Origin: Planctomycetia bacterium | GTDB lineage: Bacteria; Planctomycetota; Planctomycetia; Pirellulales; UBA1268 | NCBI GenBank assembly: GCA_009922585.1 | Contig: RFVE01000003.1 | Location: forward strand, 1 to 41,460 | Reading direction: 5' to 3' | DNA: 41,460 nt | In this document: positions 39,581 to 41,460 of the stretch, piece after piece | How the letters are laid out: each line of letters starts with the position of its first letter | How positions within the stretch are numbered: the first letter of the stretch is position 1 | Made by a program: the position numbers and the translations under genes | The notes under the pieces: generated by a model | Seen by the model: the letters and a program-made list of their open reading frames with translations, nothing else | Told to the model about the DNA's origin: nothing | Database searches by the model: none

Positions 39581-39775
39581 CTCCACTTGGCGGAGCGATG
39601 TTTACCCCTGGTCAATGGTCTGCCTCTGTAGCACGTTGCGGTGGGCAGCCGCTGTGACGGGTTTCAACAATTGGCCCGAAAGGCTTTTCACAGGGGTTTC
39701 GGTGGATTTGTGCTGTATTTTTGCCAGAGCCGTGAGGGGTTCATGGCTACACCGTAAACACTTACCAGCGGGGAG
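39581..39775 (+). ncRNA. ssrS: Putative 6S RNA
   Basis: About 190-nt rod: TGTTTAC/GTAAACA, TGGTCA/TGGCTA, central bubble containing a 3' hairpin GAGCC/GGTTC, then TGTAGCAC/GTGCTGTA, CTGTGA/TCACAG and CGGGTT/GGCCCG; promoter immediately upstream. Folded by eye. Confidence 0.65.
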
Positions 39776-39784
39776 AGTTGGCAT

Positions 39785-41460
39785 ATGTTTCAAAACACTC
39801 CACGGTCACCGAGTCAGCCGGCAGTCCGCGCGGTCGAGCCACTGGTCGGCTGGCGGCCAGTTGTCTTTGGGGCTACGACACTCTGCCTCCTTGCTGTCCT
39901 TCCCGGCTGCGGGAGCGAACCGCCCCCGCCCCCGCCCGTCGAGGCACCGCCAGAACCGCCACAGCCAGAACCGATCGAACTTGGAGCATTGTCCTCGGTT
40001 GATCTGCTGCCCGCTGGAAAGGGAAAGGCGAAACTTTCCGTCGAGCGTCATGGGAATCAGGGTGTGATCGAGGTGAATGTCGCGGGCCTGCCGAAAGGTG
40101 TCACCGCCAATGCGGCAGCGATCCCCGCTGACGCCACAAGTGGTGAGATCGTCCTTCAGGCGACAGCTGAGCTCGGTGACGAAGAACTGGTTGCAGAGGC
40201 GAAGGTAACGGTTTCCGTTGGTGGGCTTGAGGCAGTCCAGCCGCTGAAGATTCACGTGAAGAAGGTGCCGCGGCCGGCGTTCGGAAAGGCCCCAGTTGTC
40301 GTGCTCCAGCCAGGAGGAAGGGCAGAGGTGAACATTCCTCTCCAGAAAAATGGCTTTGGCGACGACTTGTCATTGACGGTGGGCGGGGGCCGGAAGGACA
40401 TCAAAGTCAAGGCGGTGGCTGAAGAGAAGCAGGTGAAGTTGACGGTCAATGCCGCTGAAGAGGTTCCCGACTGCACGACGACCATCTCGCTCACGACGTC
40501 GGCGTATGGACGTAAGCTCTCTGTCTCGGTGCCTGTTGAGGTTGTCCGCTTTCCCTTTCGGGTCGATTCCTTCCGTGTTGTCGGCATGAATCCCGGGGCG
40601 ACTGAAACCGTCAGCCTGCCGGTTCAGCGAGCCAAGTATGGCGGGCCGCTGGAAGTTGCCGTCGAGAATCTGCCGGATGGTGTTGCGGTTGCTGCGGCAA
40701 AAGTTGCTGCGGGGCAGAAGGAGGTCGCCCTTGAATTCACGGTTGCGGCGGATGCCCGGCCTGGTGTGCGATCCTGTCAGGTGATCGCTAAGGGTGAGGG
40801 AATGGAGACCACCAACGCCCTGGTTATGCGGGTGCTTGCGGAGGATCAGGAGGAACTGCCAGAGGGAATCATTGATAGCGACGCGATCAAGAAAATTTTT
40901 AACAATGATCCGGCAAAGTCTGCTCCGCTCCGCCGCCGTGGCTCGATCGGCGGCCGGCTGACGCTGGCGAGCAAGCAGGCCCTGATGAATTTTTTTGGGG
41001 GAACGCCGGAGTCCCATGATGCGGTGATGAAGGGCCTGGAGTGGCTGGCGAGTTGCCAGCGGCCCGATGGTTCCTGGGCGCTCGATGGTTCGGTCGGCGA
41101 TGGGGGAGACGGTGCGGGTGGACAAGCCCAGGGAGGCCCGGCACCAAACCCGGTGGGGGCAACAGCACTTGCTCTCCTCCCCTTTCTCAGTGAGGGAATC
41201 ACGCATGTGCGAGTTCCCGAAGGGCAAGAGGACGAACTTGGGCAATACCAGTCAGTGGTTGAGCGGGGACTTTTGTTTCTCGGCCAGCAGCTTAATCCAA
41301 CGAACGGGGAGTTTCCCGGTCAAATGTATGCCCATTCACTCGCCACGATTGTGCTCTGCGAAGCGTATGGGATTTCAGCAGATAAACGGCTGCAGCTGCC
41401 TACTCAGTTAGCCGTGAGTTACCTGCTCAATGCGCAGCACGTTGGCGGTGGTTGGCGGTA
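39785..41460 (+). CDS. Lipoprotein with Ig-like repeats and a prenyltransferase/squalene-oxidase repeat domain (3'-partial; not in the ORF track)
   Basis: Open frame from ATG 39785 to the window end: lipobox VLPG-C, poly-Pro linker, three beta-rich repeats, then GLEWLASCQRPDGSW, ATALALLPFL, MYAHSLATIVLCEAYG and YLLNAQHVGGGWR. Confidence 0.85.
   Translation, partial: MFQNTPRSPSQPAVRAVEPLVGWRPVVFGATTLCLLAVLPGCGSEPPPPPPVEAPPEPPQPEPIELGALSSVDLLPAGKGKAKLSVERHGNQGVIEVNVAGLPKGVTANAAAIPADATSGEIVLQATAELGDEELVAEAKVTVSVGGLEAVQPLKIHVKKVPRPAFGKAPVVVLQPGGRAEVNIPLQKNGFGDDLSLTVGGGRKDIKVKAVAEEKQVKLTVNAAEEVPDCTTTISLTTSAYGRKLSVSVPVEVVRFPFRVDSFRVVGMNPGATETVSLPVQRAKYGGPLEVAVENLPDGVAVAAAKVAAGQKEVALEFTVAADARPGVRSCQVIAKGEGMETTNALVMRVLAEDQEELPEGIIDSDAIKKIFNNDPAKSAPLRRRGSIGGRLTLASKQALMNFFGGTPESHDAVMKGLEWLASCQRPDGSWALDGSVGDGGDGAGGQAQGGPAPNPVGATALALLPFLSEGITHVRVPEGQEDELGQYQSVVERGLLFLGQQLNPTNGEFPGQMYAHSLATIVLCEAYGISADKRLQLPTQLAVSYLLNAQHVGGGWR

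Noticed and set aside
39552-40067. Listed ORFs over the structured RNA (39552-40067 +, 39602-39793 -, 39778-40002 +)
   Set aside because: No protein-like composition; they overlap the promoter, the RNA and the real frame starting at 39785.
1-41460. CRISPR array, tandem repeats, IS transposases, phage or defence genes
   Set aside because: No regularly spaced repeats or recognisable cas, transposase, phage or defence proteins were seen; most extra listed ORFs are GC-rich shadow frames of real genes.

Overview
GC-rich chromosomal window from a Planctomycetota bacterium, probably Pirellulales-like; the taxon is inferred from gene content such as mcsA/mcsB, a DUF3500-like protein, a prenyltransferase-repeat lipoprotein and planctomycete-type small proteins. 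It is mostly housekeeping genes: thiO-like oxidase, mutM, trpB/trpA/trpE, mcsA-mcsB, coaD, cobA-hemD fusion, rpsT, pyrK, rluB-like synthase, manA, tpx, alaS, recA, a PfkB kinase, gltX, sodA, tRNA-Asp, an SDR, a Ser/Thr kinase, a 2-hydroxyacid dehydrogenase, DoxX and a Tat-exported Gfo/Idh/MocA oxidoreductase. I saw no mobile element, CRISPR array, prophage or defence locus, and nothing here supports a wholly new multi-gene system. The main observations the ORF track does not show are: (1) a ~190-nt rod-shaped RNA with a central bubble and its own sigma70-like promoter at ~39581-39775, which looks like a divergent 6S RNA; (2) directly after it, an unlisted lipoprotein with Ig-like repeats and a prenyltransferase/squalene-cyclase-repeat domain that runs off the window; (3) an apparent frameshift or deletion at the 3' end of the TPR gene upstream of rpsT; (4) an unlisted 56-aa membrane protein; (5) several catalytically degenerate P-loop ATPases. 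All RNA folds were done by eye and family assignments come from motif recognition, not database searches.
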